DNA from: a virus
Lineage: Duplodnaviria; Heunggongvirae; Uroviricota; Caudoviricetes
Length of the DNA stretch: 64,000 nt
Strand: one strand, 5' to 3'
Virus record (IMG/VR): IMGVR_UViG_3300014204_000003
Location: 1 to 64,000 of that record
The notes under the pieces were generated by a model. The model had not been told where the DNA came from and made no database searches. It saw nothing but the letters and a program-made list of their open reading frames with translations. The translations under genes and the position numbers were made by a program. Below, piece after piece: positions 17,808 through 27,269 of this stretch (the stretch's first letter is position 1; each line of letters opens with the position of its first letter).

Positions 17808-17880
17808 CGTAAAAAGTTGGAATTGAACCAACTACCCATTGCTTTTCAGGCAATTGCTCTACCAGATGAGCTATTTTCAC
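17808..17880 (-). tRNA. tRNA-Phe (anticodon GAA)
   Basis: Hand fold in normal order. Acceptor GTGAAAA/TTTTTAC with one G-U, D-arm GCTC/ATCTGGTA/GAGC, anticodon arm with loop CTGAAAA, T-arm GTTGG/TTCAATT/CCAAC. Confidence 0.65.
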
Positions 17881-17910
17881 ATGTAAGCCGAACAGTATCA
17901 GGAAACTATA

Positions 17911-18444
17911 TTAATTTTGCTGGATCAAACACCACAGGCCTTTTTTCCGTTCAACTCTGGGAGATTTCCTCTTCGCCTCTTTATGAAGTGTACTATAAAG
18001 AGTCTGAATCGGATTCTTTCCATTAACCTTTTGCCCACTCTGCGTTAGCAGTTTGAGCAAATCGGGAGTTTTTACAGGCCCGTGCGTTTTTATAATTTCG
18101 GTGACAGCGCCTATGATCGATATTGGTTCCTCGATCTGTAAAGCGAAAGAAGTTGGCACCGGATAAGATTCGTCCGGGTGTTCTGAAAGGAATGAATCGA
18201 TTTCCGATAAAAGAGCAGTCAGTCGGTTCCGCTCTTTTATCAATTCATCCTTTAAGGACTCTGCCTTTTCCTTAATAATCTGTTTTCCGCTTTCAGCAAT
18301 CATAACCGTTGTCCTTTGAGCCCGACCAATGTAACCCTTGGCCATAACCCAAGTCAAGCTTTTTATGCTGTAATTTTTGTGTTGGTTATCTTTTCCGAAC
18401 GTGCATTGAGCTTGCAGATCAAAAGTCGGGCTTTTTCCCTGCAC
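17911..18444 (-). CDS. hypothetical protein
   Basis: 177-aa ORF with a possible winged-helix N-terminus and a basic C-terminus. Confidence 0.4.
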   Translation of the reverse strand: MQGKSPTFDLQAQCTFGKDNQHKNYSIKSLTWVMAKGYIGRAQRTTVMIAESGKQIIKEKAESLKDELIKERNRLTALLSEIDSFLSEHPDESYPVPTSFALQIEEPISIIGAVTEIIKTHGPVKTPDLLKLLTQSGQKVNGKNPIQTLYSTLHKEAKRKSPRVERKKGLWCLIQQN

Positions 18445-18802
18445 ACATTATACACTTCGTCCTTGCCGGCCGGTATATTCTCAGGGAAAGGCTCAACCCC
18501 TTGCTTGTACCAATCCGATGTGCCCGCAGGTTTCACAAATGCCTGTTTCGCACGTCCAGTCGCAACCGCTCTCGCCAGTTTCTTACAGAACTGGTATCCC
18601 CATTCACATCGAGCGATGCCCCAAGAAATCAGGTTATCTTTGACGCAGATTACGATAGTCGCAGACCTTGTGCTCCAATGGAGGACAACATCATTGGTAA
18701 GATCACCCTTTCTGGGTGGAATGTCATTCCGCAGATGAAACGTAAAACTATTCTGAGGGACGATGGCATGGAATGCTCTTTTCTTAATTCTCATACTTTC
18801 CT

Positions 18803-19015
18803 TTATTTGTGCTCTTCCCGCGGCCTGCCAGGCCTGCGAGGATGGAGCGGTTTTACTTTATCCCTGTAATATTTCAATGCTTTTTCCAAGTTGCATTTTC
18901 GGCAAGCTCGGTGTTTCCTGCCCTCTTTATCTAAAAACACGATCAAATTGGGCTTTTTGTAGGCATGCCCGTGAGGGCAGTGAGTCTTTTCCCGGTTGGC
19001 TGATTTTGATTTCAT
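18803..19015 (-). CDS. hypothetical zinc-finger protein
   Basis: CPHGHAYKK...CRKCNLEK motif. Confidence 0.4.
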   Translation of the reverse strand: MKSKSANREKTHCPHGHAYKKPNLIVFLDKEGRKHRACRKCNLEKALKYYRDKVKPLHPRRPGRPREEHK

Positions 19016-19465
19016 CCGATGTCCGGAAGATCGTTTAATTCTCCTCGGCGGGATTCGATAATCAAATCCTTATGAGTCCCCGGGGATATCTGAACTGTGC
19101 TCCCCTTGAGGGCTAATACATTCTCGAGATTGGCCTGATCGATATTATTGGACGGCTCGAGAATTATTTTAGACTTATTATCTTCGAATTGGAATATAAC
19201 CTTCATTGGTTCTCCTCCTCAGGTTATCTTTTATATAACCTAAAGAAGGATTTGTCAAACATCCTAGAGAACTCTTTTCATACCATCGATAGAAAAAACA
19301 TTCTTATCCCTATCGTCAACGTCCTGAGTCGTTCCGTAACCCATGAATCTATAAGCTTTTCCAGTAAACGACCCTTCGATGAAAAGATTCTTACACAATC
19401 CCCATTTTAACTTTGTATAGGAAGGAGTGGGGATTTTTGCTTGGTTCCTTCTCAAACCGCAGCAG

Positions 19466-19969
19466 TTAGGTAGTCGCAGCATTTTCACTCACTGGATCTT
19501 TATCAACCTTCGTTTCCACTGGAGGATCCTTAGATATAACCGCCGTGGGCGCCGGTGCCTCTTCTGGTTTTACGGGTTCATCGACTGGACGCATCTCACC
19601 ATCAATCAACTGGAACCGTTGGCCGGGAGCATAAGTCCCTCCTTTTATCGGAGCGGATACCAGCTTCCCCTCTGGGATCTCAAGCCCATCATCGTCTATG
19701 AAAAATACATAAGGTTGCTGCCGACCCATGTATTTATTGAGGGCTGGAATTAAAGAGAGCACCCCCTCTTGGACCTGCCACTCTCCCCAAGCATGCACCT
19801 GTCGCATTGGCGGGACTGTATCCGGTATAAATGTTGGCGGCTGAATCTCAACCCTGTGTGCTCCCGGGGCAACTGTTATCCGGACGAATAACCTCAGTTC
19901 TGATGCCCACTTCCACCCTTGCCTTGATGCCATCGCTATCTGCCCAAAATTCGGAATGGTCTTTGCCAT
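19466..19969 (-). CDS. hypothetical protein
   Basis: 167-aa ORF. Confidence 0.4.
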   Translation of the reverse strand: MAKTIPNFGQIAMASRQGWKWASELRLFVRITVAPGAHRVEIQPPTFIPDTVPPMRQVHAWGEWQVQEGVLSLIPALNKYMGRQQPYVFFIDDDGLEIPEGKLVSAPIKGGTYAPGQRFQLIDGEMRPVDEPVKPEEAPAPTAVISKDPPVETKVDKDPVSENAATT

Positions 19970-20342
19970 GATTTTCCTTCCTTGTAAATTTATCTATGAA
20001 TACTACGGCGCCAGAGAGCGCTAACCAATTCAACAGGATCTCTTTCCATGTCCGGCTGAATATAAAAGTCACTGGGATTGATAGCCAGATACTTAAGCAG
20101 AATGGACAATCCATCAGTTTCCCTAACCAACCGGATCCAGCTTTCTTCCTTATTTTAAGGATGAAGTCTCCGGGTCCATCTTCGAAAGCTATTAAGTGAC
20201 AAATCCTAAATACCGCCAGACTGCTCACTATTAACTGAGTCAGGTTCATGTTCACCCTCTTTTGGCTTATAAACCAGTTCTTGAATGTCCTCGAGAGCTT
20301 TCTTGGCCAGCGCCCCGATTTCCTTGATTCTTGCAGTTTCAT
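19848..20342 (-). CDS. hypothetical membrane protein
   Basis: Hydrophobic segments. The overlap with the downstream ORF means start ambiguity on one of the two. Confidence 0.35.
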   Translation of the reverse strand: MKLQESRKSGRWPRKLSRTFKNWFISQKRVNMNLTQLIVSSLAVFRICHLIAFEDGPGDFILKIRKKAGSGWLGKLMDCPFCLSIWLSIPVTFIFSRTWKEILLNWLALSGAVVFIDKFTRKENHGKDHSEFWADSDGIKARVEVGIRTEVIRPDNSCPGSTQG

Positions 20343-20528
20343 CTCCCCGGCGCCACACCAAGGTCATATTTCTAATCTTCCCCACCGTTGTGACTGCGAT
20401 AAGAAACGCCGATCGGGTCTGCGCTACTTCTCTCTCTATTCCCTGCCGGCACATATGTCCAGGAGTAAACTCCTGTAGGCAATCCGGGCATTGAGGATAT
20501 GGTGGGCTTGCTTCGGAAAGAGGAGGAT

Positions 20529-20903
20529 TTATTGAACTTGGAACTTCTCCATCCATACTCCCATCTCCTTGATAACTTGGGTCAATCCTTCATAAGTAAT
20601 TTTCGGCCCTTGAACAATAAGGACTCCATACGTCCCCTCTTCATTAGGAACCGCGACAAGCAATCCAAGTATCCGGAATTCAGGGCAATTTGCTTCAACA
20701 TCAGCTTGGAACTGCTTCGTGCATTCATTGAAAAGCTCTATATTCCTGGCCTTAACTCCCAATTTGACCGCCATGCGTTCTGCGTTTGGAGTTAAATTAC
20801 TCTGAGCTTCCTTCGGGTCCTCCGGATTTTGCGGGGACTGCTTGGTCGACAACTTTTCTGTCAGCGACATCTCGCGCAGCAACTTCTTGAGTAGATCGTT
20901 CAT
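20529..20903 (-). CDS. hypothetical protein
   Basis: 124-aa ORF. Confidence 0.4.
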   Translation of the reverse strand: MNDLLKKLLREMSLTEKLSTKQSPQNPEDPKEAQSNLTPNAERMAVKLGVKARNIELFNECTKQFQADVEANCPEFRILGLLVAVPNEEGTYGVLIVQGPKITYEGLTQVIKEMGVWMEKFQVQ

Positions 20904-21105
20904 ATTGGTATCCGCGTCTCAGTTGAAGGTTTACAAATTTTCCTTTTGATGGAGAGTGGAGTAACTGCTCCCAGACCTCCGGAGGGACATTGTGATAAAC
21001 GTAAGATTCTCCATTGGAGAATCTTACGAAGCAATCCCTGGATGGTTCATGATAGGCAATAGCCGATATAATAGACGATTCGTATACTGGCTGATAATCA
21101 GGCAT
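20797..21105 (-). CDS. KTSC-domain protein
   Basis: FVRFSNGESYVYHNVPPEVWEQLLHSPSKGKFVNLQLRRGYQYER matches the KTSC-domain pattern (F.NG..Y.Y..VP...Y..L..A.SKG.YFN). Confidence 0.55.
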   Translation of the reverse strand: MPDYQPVYESSIISAIAYHEPSRDCFVRFSNGESYVYHNVPPEVWEQLLHSPSKGKFVNLQLRRGYQYERSTQEVAARDVADRKVVDQAVPAKSGGPEGSSE

Positions 21106-21296
21106 CGGGACTCCCTTAGTTCACACGGTTATGGACCCAGATTTCAATACAATGCTTATCATCCTCTTCTCGTTCATCAAGTCGAGGGCTGCACCAACAC
21201 TTTGGATTGGTGTCGTGCTTCTGATCGTTGTGATCATCTGGGAATATATGGTATCGGATTAAACGCTTATCTATCGGTTCGCTCATGGCTCTCTCT

Positions 21297-21311
21297 GTAA
21301 ACCCGGTTTAC
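21297..21311. repeat. GTAAACCCGGTTTAC near-palindrome, copy 2
   Basis: Seen in the sequence, in an intergenic position. Confidence 0.8.
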
Positions 21312-21595
21312 TGCATCCGGCCTCGATTCCAAAGGGATTTATAAGGACTCGTGGCCTCTGATTCCAGATCGGGTTTAAAAACGATATCAACGTGATTTTG
21401 CTTTACGGCGCGGGCGATTACCGCTAATAGCAATAAGAATAAAATAGCCCCCATCGCCCCTATAGCCCATGCCGGACAATGATATCGATCCATATAGAGC
21501 CATATTAACGCTGCGAGATGGACCACCTTAAGAGGATGAGACGGAATTCTCTCCCATGGCAATACCCAATTTTCATGTTCATCTTTTGACGGCAT
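21308..21595 (-). CDS. hypothetical membrane protein
   Basis: Two hydrophobic helices. Confidence 0.35.
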   Translation of the reverse strand: MPSKDEHENWVLPWERIPSHPLKVVHLAALIWLYMDRYHCPAWAIGAMGAILFLLLLAVIARAVKQNHVDIVFKPDLESEATSPYKSLWNRGRMQ

Positions 21596-21596
21596 T

Positions 21597-21857
21597 CTAA
21601 CTACCTTTCTTCCCGAGGATGGATTCTTTCCCTTTCATTAGTATTCCGTAGGTAACTGGTTCGTACCTGCTAAGATTTTGAAGGTCAGATTCCGGCATGA
21701 CCTTCCAGTTTCCATCATTCTGGAAGACTATAATGAGACCGCACTTCTTACAGACAGCGATATCGTTCTCTTTCGGTTTCCCTTTGCCGGTTATATGGTT
21801 AGACGTATTTATCAGGTTGTGACAATTCGGGCATGAACCCATTGAAACCTTATCCAT
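21597..21857 (-). CDS. hypothetical zinc-ribbon protein
   Basis: CPNCHNL...CKKCG motif. Confidence 0.35.
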   Translation of the reverse strand: MDKVSMGSCPNCHNLINTSNHITGKGKPKENDIAVCKKCGLIIVFQNDGNWKVMPESDLQNLSRYEPVTYGILMKGKESILGKKGS

Positions 21858-21907
21858 TTATATTCCCTTTGCATCCTTTGCAATATTTCGACTTCCAATC
21901 AGCCGGA

Positions 21908-22402
21908 TTATTGCACCGCGGTCATGCCATTAATTTTTTCGACATTAGGGTCTTTCCCATCAAACATAAAATTCATTTGCACTACATCGGCAAAAGCACG
22001 AACATTGCTCATCCAGCACCCATGCCTCTGAATCACAGCGCAAAACTCCTCAATGTCATGATCCTTGAGATAGAATCCCTTCTCATCGATCGCTAAATGG
22101 CATAACTCATGATCGATCAGTGCTATCTGCTGATCGAGGGTGAGAACGTCCCAATAAACCTCGTCTACCTCGATTATGAAATCGAGTCCGGTGACAGCGG
22201 TCATAAGCGCGTTCAATGATCTTGCCTTCGCCATTGCTGGATGCTTTCCCATTCGCGTTGGCATCTTGGGACCGTCGCTCTCTTCCGGAGCCATTTTCAT
22301 CATATAAGCGATCTTTGCGTGAGCTACCTCCTGATGGTGCATGCTCAGTAGGGGTTCTGCCACCTGTTTGATTCTTTCTGATTTTTCGTATATGGCTGGC
22401 AT
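21908..22402 (-). CDS. putative HExxH zinc metallopeptidase (SprT-like motif)
   Basis: IDHELCHLAID carries an HExxH motif in the HELCH context seen in SprT/phage metallopeptidase families. Confidence 0.45.
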   Translation of the reverse strand: MPAIYEKSERIKQVAEPLLSMHHQEVAHAKIAYMMKMAPEESDGPKMPTRMGKHPAMAKARSLNALMTAVTGLDFIIEVDEVYWDVLTLDQQIALIDHELCHLAIDEKGFYLKDHDIEEFCAVIQRHGCWMSNVRAFADVVQMNFMFDGKDPNVEKINGMTAVQ

Positions 22403-22627
22403 CTGTTTTCTCCTTTTTACTTTGCTCGAATTTTAATGGCTTACAGTTTTTATCCGCACATCGATCGGAGTGTAGAGACATGGCCTTGGGCCCTATTTCA
22501 AATGTAGAAGCTTGGCTCACAAAAACCAACCCGCCGCATTTAAAGTGAACCAGCCATGGTCCAACATAATCCTTTTTACCACATTTGTCTCTATGGTTTT
22601 TCCCTGATGGTACCTTATTAGGCTTTT

Positions 22628-23905
22628 TCATCCGTTATTTTCCGCCAACATGCTCTTACCCACCCAAGTATTGCCAGTGGAAAGATACCTTACAGGAACT
22701 CCAGAAAGTTTCTCGACCTTGTTTATTATAGAATTGGTTGAGATAAGACTATAGGAATATTTTTTATCCCCGGACATCATATCTTGGGTGAGCTTTTTGG
22801 TAAAATTTCCCTTTTCGTCCAAATAACCATCGCAATAGACCCATTTATTTAAGAATTTCAATGCATCTATATGTGTTATTGCCAAGGCATCAACATTCCC
22901 TATGGCATTAAGTGCATATTTGAATGCCATAGCATCAAAATACCCGATTCTAAGTGATCCTTGCCATTCATTGTTGGTATTATGGTCATTCTTCCATGGA
23001 GTGATCCCCTTAATTGCCCCATTTGAGACCTCGGTAATAAAGGGGCCAGCACCATGCCTGGTGAAATATGATCGCACAACTCCGATTTTGGTTATTTCGA
23101 CGCCTGACCGAGCCCCATATTGGTTAATAATACTCAAAGCTCCGTTGAAAGTGCAATCCGACCACGTAATATGCTTTCCGAAGCCATGGATTTCATCCAG
23201 AAGCATGCCTTGGGCGCCCTCAAAGACAACGGCATTGGGATTTTCGATCGTAATATCATGCCACCCCCCCCAGCGAACGCTCTTGAACCATTCCTTGTAG
23301 TATTCCCAGACAGATGCGGGGCTTGTCATCTCCATCGATCGGTAAATCGAAATCGTTTCCTCGTTATTTACAAAATCACGGCACTGTTCGAGCTTGTAAT
23401 CCTTTATGTGAAATAGTTTATCCCGTCCATAGATGCTGGCAATGTCAGAGCCATCAAACCACAGTCCGGAAATCCTGTCTCCCCTGGTCTCTCCAATCCC
23501 CATTCCGCAGGACCCGTGACGGTTTGCTCCTCGGGACGCCTCCTTTAGGCGATTTGCCATAAAATGCCATGGGGTTATGATCGTACATTTAGGATTGATA
23601 AGGATACGCTTAAGACCATCATGAATGCCGACATAATAGAGATGATTATTTTCGTTGATCATCGCATAGGGTTCGATGAGCATATACTCAGAGAGGTAAG
23701 TCTGGCACCCGGGAATAAAGGTGCCGGACCCAAACTGTGCAAAGGTATGATGGCGGCCGTCAGGAAGCACGACATTATGTGCTGCCTGCGGACCGCCATT
23801 GTATCGGACTACCCATTTGGCATCATGCCATCGGCAAAGGTAATCAACCATCGTGCCTTTGCCTTCATCCCCGAATGCCAAACCTGCAACTATTAAACAC
23901 TTCAT
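22628..23905 (-). CDS. purA: adenylosuccinate synthetase (PurA family)
   Basis: 425 aa. The N-terminal GDEGKGT P-loop follows VVRYNGGPQAAHNV, matching the PurA pattern GDEGKGK...RYQGG.NAGH. Full-length PurA size. Confidence 0.85.
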   Translation of the reverse strand: MKCLIVAGLAFGDEGKGTMVDYLCRWHDAKWVVRYNGGPQAAHNVVLPDGRHHTFAQFGSGTFIPGCQTYLSEYMLIEPYAMINENNHLYYVGIHDGLKRILINPKCTIITPWHFMANRLKEASRGANRHGSCGMGIGETRGDRISGLWFDGSDIASIYGRDKLFHIKDYKLEQCRDFVNNEETISIYRSMEMTSPASVWEYYKEWFKSVRWGGWHDITIENPNAVVFEGAQGMLLDEIHGFGKHITWSDCTFNGALSIINQYGARSGVEITKIGVVRSYFTRHGAGPFITEVSNGAIKGITPWKNDHNTNNEWQGSLRIGYFDAMAFKYALNAIGNVDALAITHIDALKFLNKWVYCDGYLDEKGNFTKKLTQDMMSGDKKYSYSLISTNSIINKVEKLSGVPVRYLSTGNTWVGKSMLAENNG

Positions 23906-23928
23906 GCTTGGTTTCTCCTCTTTTGAAA

Positions 23929-24972
23929 TTACAGTCTGTCGACTCCCCCCGCAGCGCCGGCAACGGCAGGAAGATTCTCCGCGGAATACCGGCTTACTTC
24001 ACCAGTCGCCTTTGATAGTGGCACGAGCGCAGATGAAATACCGACATCGGCAATCCCATCGGAAACCAAGTCATCGATGCCGACATATTCCTCGCAAATT
24101 GCGACCGCGGATACGATGCATTCGCAAATCTTGGCCGGATTTTCCAGCTTGATGACGTTTTGCTGGCCGATAAGGTTGACCCAATACTTCTCCAAAGACT
24201 TATCCGAGTAATGAGAGGTCATATTGGGGATCACAAAAAAGACGTGATATCTCTCCTGAGCTTCCTTGAGGAGGGCAGGGAAGGCAATATCATCCTGGAT
24301 AACATCACCGATGACATCCTTCACCTTATGCTTGCCAAGAACATCATAGGCATGCTCATCGCCGATGATGAAGAGATATCCCTTGCGCCCTCTCTTCTCG
24401 AAATGATCATGAACAGTGTGCCGGGCCATGAAATATACGGCCAGTTCGTACTCTTCTTCATACGTTCCGCCGCCGTGATTGGTGAGCCAGAGATTTGACA
24501 GGTTATCGTCAATTTCAATCCCGGATTCAAACTGCCCGATCTGGAAGGACCCGTCAGGTTTCCCAAAGTATCTGCTCATGGCGTCGTAATCGTCCACGGC
24601 GCCTATCATTATTGCCGGATAACCCTCGCCGAGATATTTCTTTCCGGATGCTTTGTCGTCCAGAAAGTGTCCCATCAATTTGCTGAGTTCTTTTTGCAGC
24701 ATTTTGGGAACATCCATCATGGAACCGGTGGTGTCCGTTATGACTGCGATCGGAACCGATACCGGGTGGGCATCGGAGTCTCTTGATTCCCGGATTTTGA
24801 CGCCCTTGGGGCTGAGGGAATCGTGAACCTTTGCCTCTGCCGCGCCGGTTTTGATGTCATGAGAATGCTTGAATGTCGCATCATCCATGGAAATACCATG
24901 ACTGGTAGAAAACATGGACCTCATAGATGTCCTTGATTTGTAATCGTCCTTTGAATAATAACTTCCACCCAT
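23929..24972 (-). CDS. VWA-like domain protein
   Basis: PIAVITDTTGSMMD is a MIDAS-like DxTxS motif. Later IMIGAVDD and LFIIGDEHAYD strands fit a VWA fold. Confidence 0.45.
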   Translation of the reverse strand: MGGSYYSKDDYKSRTSMRSMFSTSHGISMDDATFKHSHDIKTGAAEAKVHDSLSPKGVKIRESRDSDAHPVSVPIAVITDTTGSMMDVPKMLQKELSKLMGHFLDDKASGKKYLGEGYPAIMIGAVDDYDAMSRYFGKPDGSFQIGQFESGIEIDDNLSNLWLTNHGGGTYEEEYELAVYFMARHTVHDHFEKRGRKGYLFIIGDEHAYDVLGKHKVKDVIGDVIQDDIAFPALLKEAQERYHVFFVIPNMTSHYSDKSLEKYWVNLIGQQNVIKLENPAKICECIVSAVAICEEYVGIDDLVSDGIADVGISSALVPLSKATGEVSRYSAENLPAVAGAAGGVDRL

Positions 24973-24985
24973 ATTAGAACTCCTT

Positions 24986-25987
24986 TCAGTTCTTTGGCAT
25001 CGTTAAGGTAAGGAATTTCGGTTCTCCGAATTCTTCCTTTGCTAGATTGACCCATCGGTCCTGAACCATCCATGCATCTGCCGGTCGAGAAGCTGGAGAT
25101 TCAGTTACACACCATTGAATAAGACCCCTGAAACGCTTTGGCACTTCTCCAGAGATAATTTCTATGGATTTCATGAGCATATAAATATCCGTCCATGGGC
25201 CGGCAAGTCTCTTCTTCTTAACCTCTGGAGGATAGTTATTCGAATAATCCCTGACTATTGCAGGGATGTTCTGACCATTGGTGCAGGAATAGCACCAATC
25301 GACAAGTTTTAACCCATGGCTTTTAGGGTCATAAAGAAGGTGACATGGGAGAATCGCTCCGTGGACAATACCGGACTGATGAGCAAACCCCAAAATACTT
25401 AGAGCTCGGTTTACCATCCAGACAATATGACGGAAGTCCAACTTGCCTGAATGAAGGTCTACAATCTCTCTTAGTGGAAGATATGTAAGCTCATTATGAA
25501 GTATGTTCACCCGGCGCCCTGAGGCCTTAACCCCTTGAATGAATTCCGGGAGATATTTCCGGAAATTTTCGGGCTTGGCCTTCCACAGGATTTCGAGAGC
25601 GGTTCTTTCCCTATCCATGAGATCATTATCTTTGGGACCGCGGACAATCTTAAGGATCACATTGGGATCCTTAGACGATTCTGCAATATAGAGATCGCAG
25701 ATATCGCCTTTGGTTAATGGCTCCGAAACCACGCATCCGGCAATTACCACAGGATTGTAAGCTTCCTTGCGAGTAAACCCGGTATACAGTTCATTTAGTT
25801 TCTTGAAAGCAGCCAGTGATCTTGCCTCCATCCCAATAGGAGCCACATCCGGGTGAACTATCCGGGCGAGCCTTTTGAATATCTTCGCTGGGTCGCAGTC
25901 CTTTGGGAATAAATCCCTCGGAGAAGTCGCACGGGTAATCTCCTCCAGACAGCTTTCCAACGGTTCCTGTTTGATTCTTGACGGCAT
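24986..25987 (-). CDS. J-domain (DnaJ-like HPD motif) fused to protein-kinase-like domain
   Basis: The N-terminus KIFKRLARIVHPDVAP...AFKKLNELY has the J-domain HPD signature. The C-terminal region has a VAIK-like ILKIVRGP, a catalytic-loop-like GIVHGAILPCHLLYD and a DFG-like KLVDW. Confidence 0.5.
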   Translation of the reverse strand: MPSRIKQEPLESCLEEITRATSPRDLFPKDCDPAKIFKRLARIVHPDVAPIGMEARSLAAFKKLNELYTGFTRKEAYNPVVIAGCVVSEPLTKGDICDLYIAESSKDPNVILKIVRGPKDNDLMDRERTALEILWKAKPENFRKYLPEFIQGVKASGRRVNILHNELTYLPLREIVDLHSGKLDFRHIVWMVNRALSILGFAHQSGIVHGAILPCHLLYDPKSHGLKLVDWCYSCTNGQNIPAIVRDYSNNYPPEVKKKRLAGPWTDIYMLMKSIEIISGEVPKRFRGLIQWCVTESPASRPADAWMVQDRWVNLAKEEFGEPKFLTLTMPKN

Positions 25988-26037
25988 TTACACCCCTTTT
26001 CTGTTGCTCGCATATGGCCTTAAATTCCATGATGAAT

Positions 26038-26313
26038 TTAAGCATTTTCCATTTTCCTCAATCTTCGCGCAATCCTCTCCGTTAGAAGGATAGTCTTGCG
26101 TGGAAGGCGAGACCTTTTAATGGCATTCACCTTCTTGATATTCTTGGCCAACATCTTCATCGTTTCGGACCATCCAAAAGGAAGTTCCCAATCTCCATTG
26201 TTCTTATTTTCCCAATGGACAACCGTCTCCCGGGTAACTCTAAGAGCTTCCGCTACTTCACTCTGCCTAAGACCAATTTGCTTTCTCAGTAACCTGAATT
26301 CACAGCCCTTCAT
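26038..26313 (-). CDS. HTH transcriptional regulator (XRE family)
   Basis: LRKQIGLRQSEVAEALRVTRETVVHWENK is a classic XRE helix-turn-helix. Confidence 0.65.
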   Translation of the reverse strand: MKGCEFRLLRKQIGLRQSEVAEALRVTRETVVHWENKNNGDWELPFGWSETMKMLAKNIKKVNAIKRSRLPRKTILLTERIARRLRKMENA

Positions 26314-26336
26314 GTAACATCCTTCCTGATCGGGGC

Positions 26337-26759
26337 TTATTCCTTATTTACCTTGCATGGTTTTCTCTTCTGCTTGGATTGAAGAGCATCCACGGTTTCA
26401 ATTAATGCCGGAAGTTTCTCCATAATTTTTGCTAAACCATCCTTCATTGAATTGACTTCACCCCGGAGTTCATTAAGCAAATATTCAACATTATTTACCT
26501 GAACGTCGAACCCGGTCTCACGCATGGGCACCCTGGACTTAAGAGTCTCCACAAGATTCTGTTGGGCGTTAATCCTTTGCTCCAGCCGGCATATATGCTT
26601 CCATGGATGCTGGAATCGGGACATCTCGGATTCATGGATTAATACCGGGACGTTCCCTTTTTTACAGAGAAGTTCTCCCTTTTCAATCATCTTCAGAACG
26701 ATTTCTTCACTGAATCCCATTAGATATGCGGCTTCAGTGATGGTTATATAGAAGCTCAT
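26337..26759 (-). CDS. hypothetical protein
   Basis: 140-aa ORF. Confidence 0.4.
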   Translation of the reverse strand: MSFYITITEAAYLMGFSEEIVLKMIEKGELLCKKGNVPVLIHESEMSRFQHPWKHICRLEQRINAQQNLVETLKSRVPMRETGFDVQVNNVEYLLNELRGEVNSMKDGLAKIMEKLPALIETVDALQSKQKRKPCKVNKE

Positions 26760-27109
26760 TTATTTTCCTCCGTGACCTTAATTGCAGACCCAATAATAGT
26801 TTTAGCTTTTTCCCCTATAATTTTCATAAGGGCGAATGCAGCCATAGGGTCCATGTTTTTACCAAAACTTAGGATGAGCGAGGATTCGTTTAATTTGATC
26901 TGTTGCTCGTCAAATAAAACGATGCATGCCACTCCGAATCCAGCGCGGCCGATAATATCATCAAAATCACCACACATGTTTGAGGCTAATATCTGCCGTT
27001 CGTCTGGTTTTTGTGAATGCATATGCGGCTTATTGTCATCAATCTCTTGATTGCAAATCCTGCAAATCATTGGACCCTCCTTTTGTACACTGCCGAATGG
27101 GGACAGCAA
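26756..27109 (-). CDS. hypothetical Cys-rich protein
   Basis: 117-aa ORF containing CRICNQ...H. Confidence 0.35.
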   Translation of the reverse strand: MLSPFGSVQKEGPMICRICNQEIDDNKPHMHSQKPDERQILASNMCGDFDDIIGRAGFGVACIVLFDEQQIKLNESSLILSFGKNMDPMAAFALMKIIGEKAKTIIGSAIKVTEENK

Positions 27110-27269
27110 CTACGGAACCGAATCATGTGATTAAATTCAATCATATAACCATCTTCAATACTAAAACTCGTCCCGGTTACAGTCATGCCAACCAAGGTTT
27201 TAGCGAATTCCTGTTCCTGTGCTTCCGTCCGGCATTCTTCTTTCGCTTTGGTTTCTTCCCGTACATCCA

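Noticed and set aside
22107-22631. 174-aa ORF overlapping the SprT-like gene in another frame
   Set aside because: The distal two-thirds is low-complexity (R/S/G-rich) and overlaps a motif-bearing gene. At most the first 70 codons (22420-22631) might be a real small zinc-ribbon protein.
22628-23905. Calling the PurA homolog PurZ (Z-genome synthesis)
   Set aside because: It is full-length (425 aa) with the canonical GDEGKG P-loop including the Asp, and no MazG/HD/PolA-type partner genes are nearby. The default is an auxiliary PurA. The PurZ possibility is kept only as a test.
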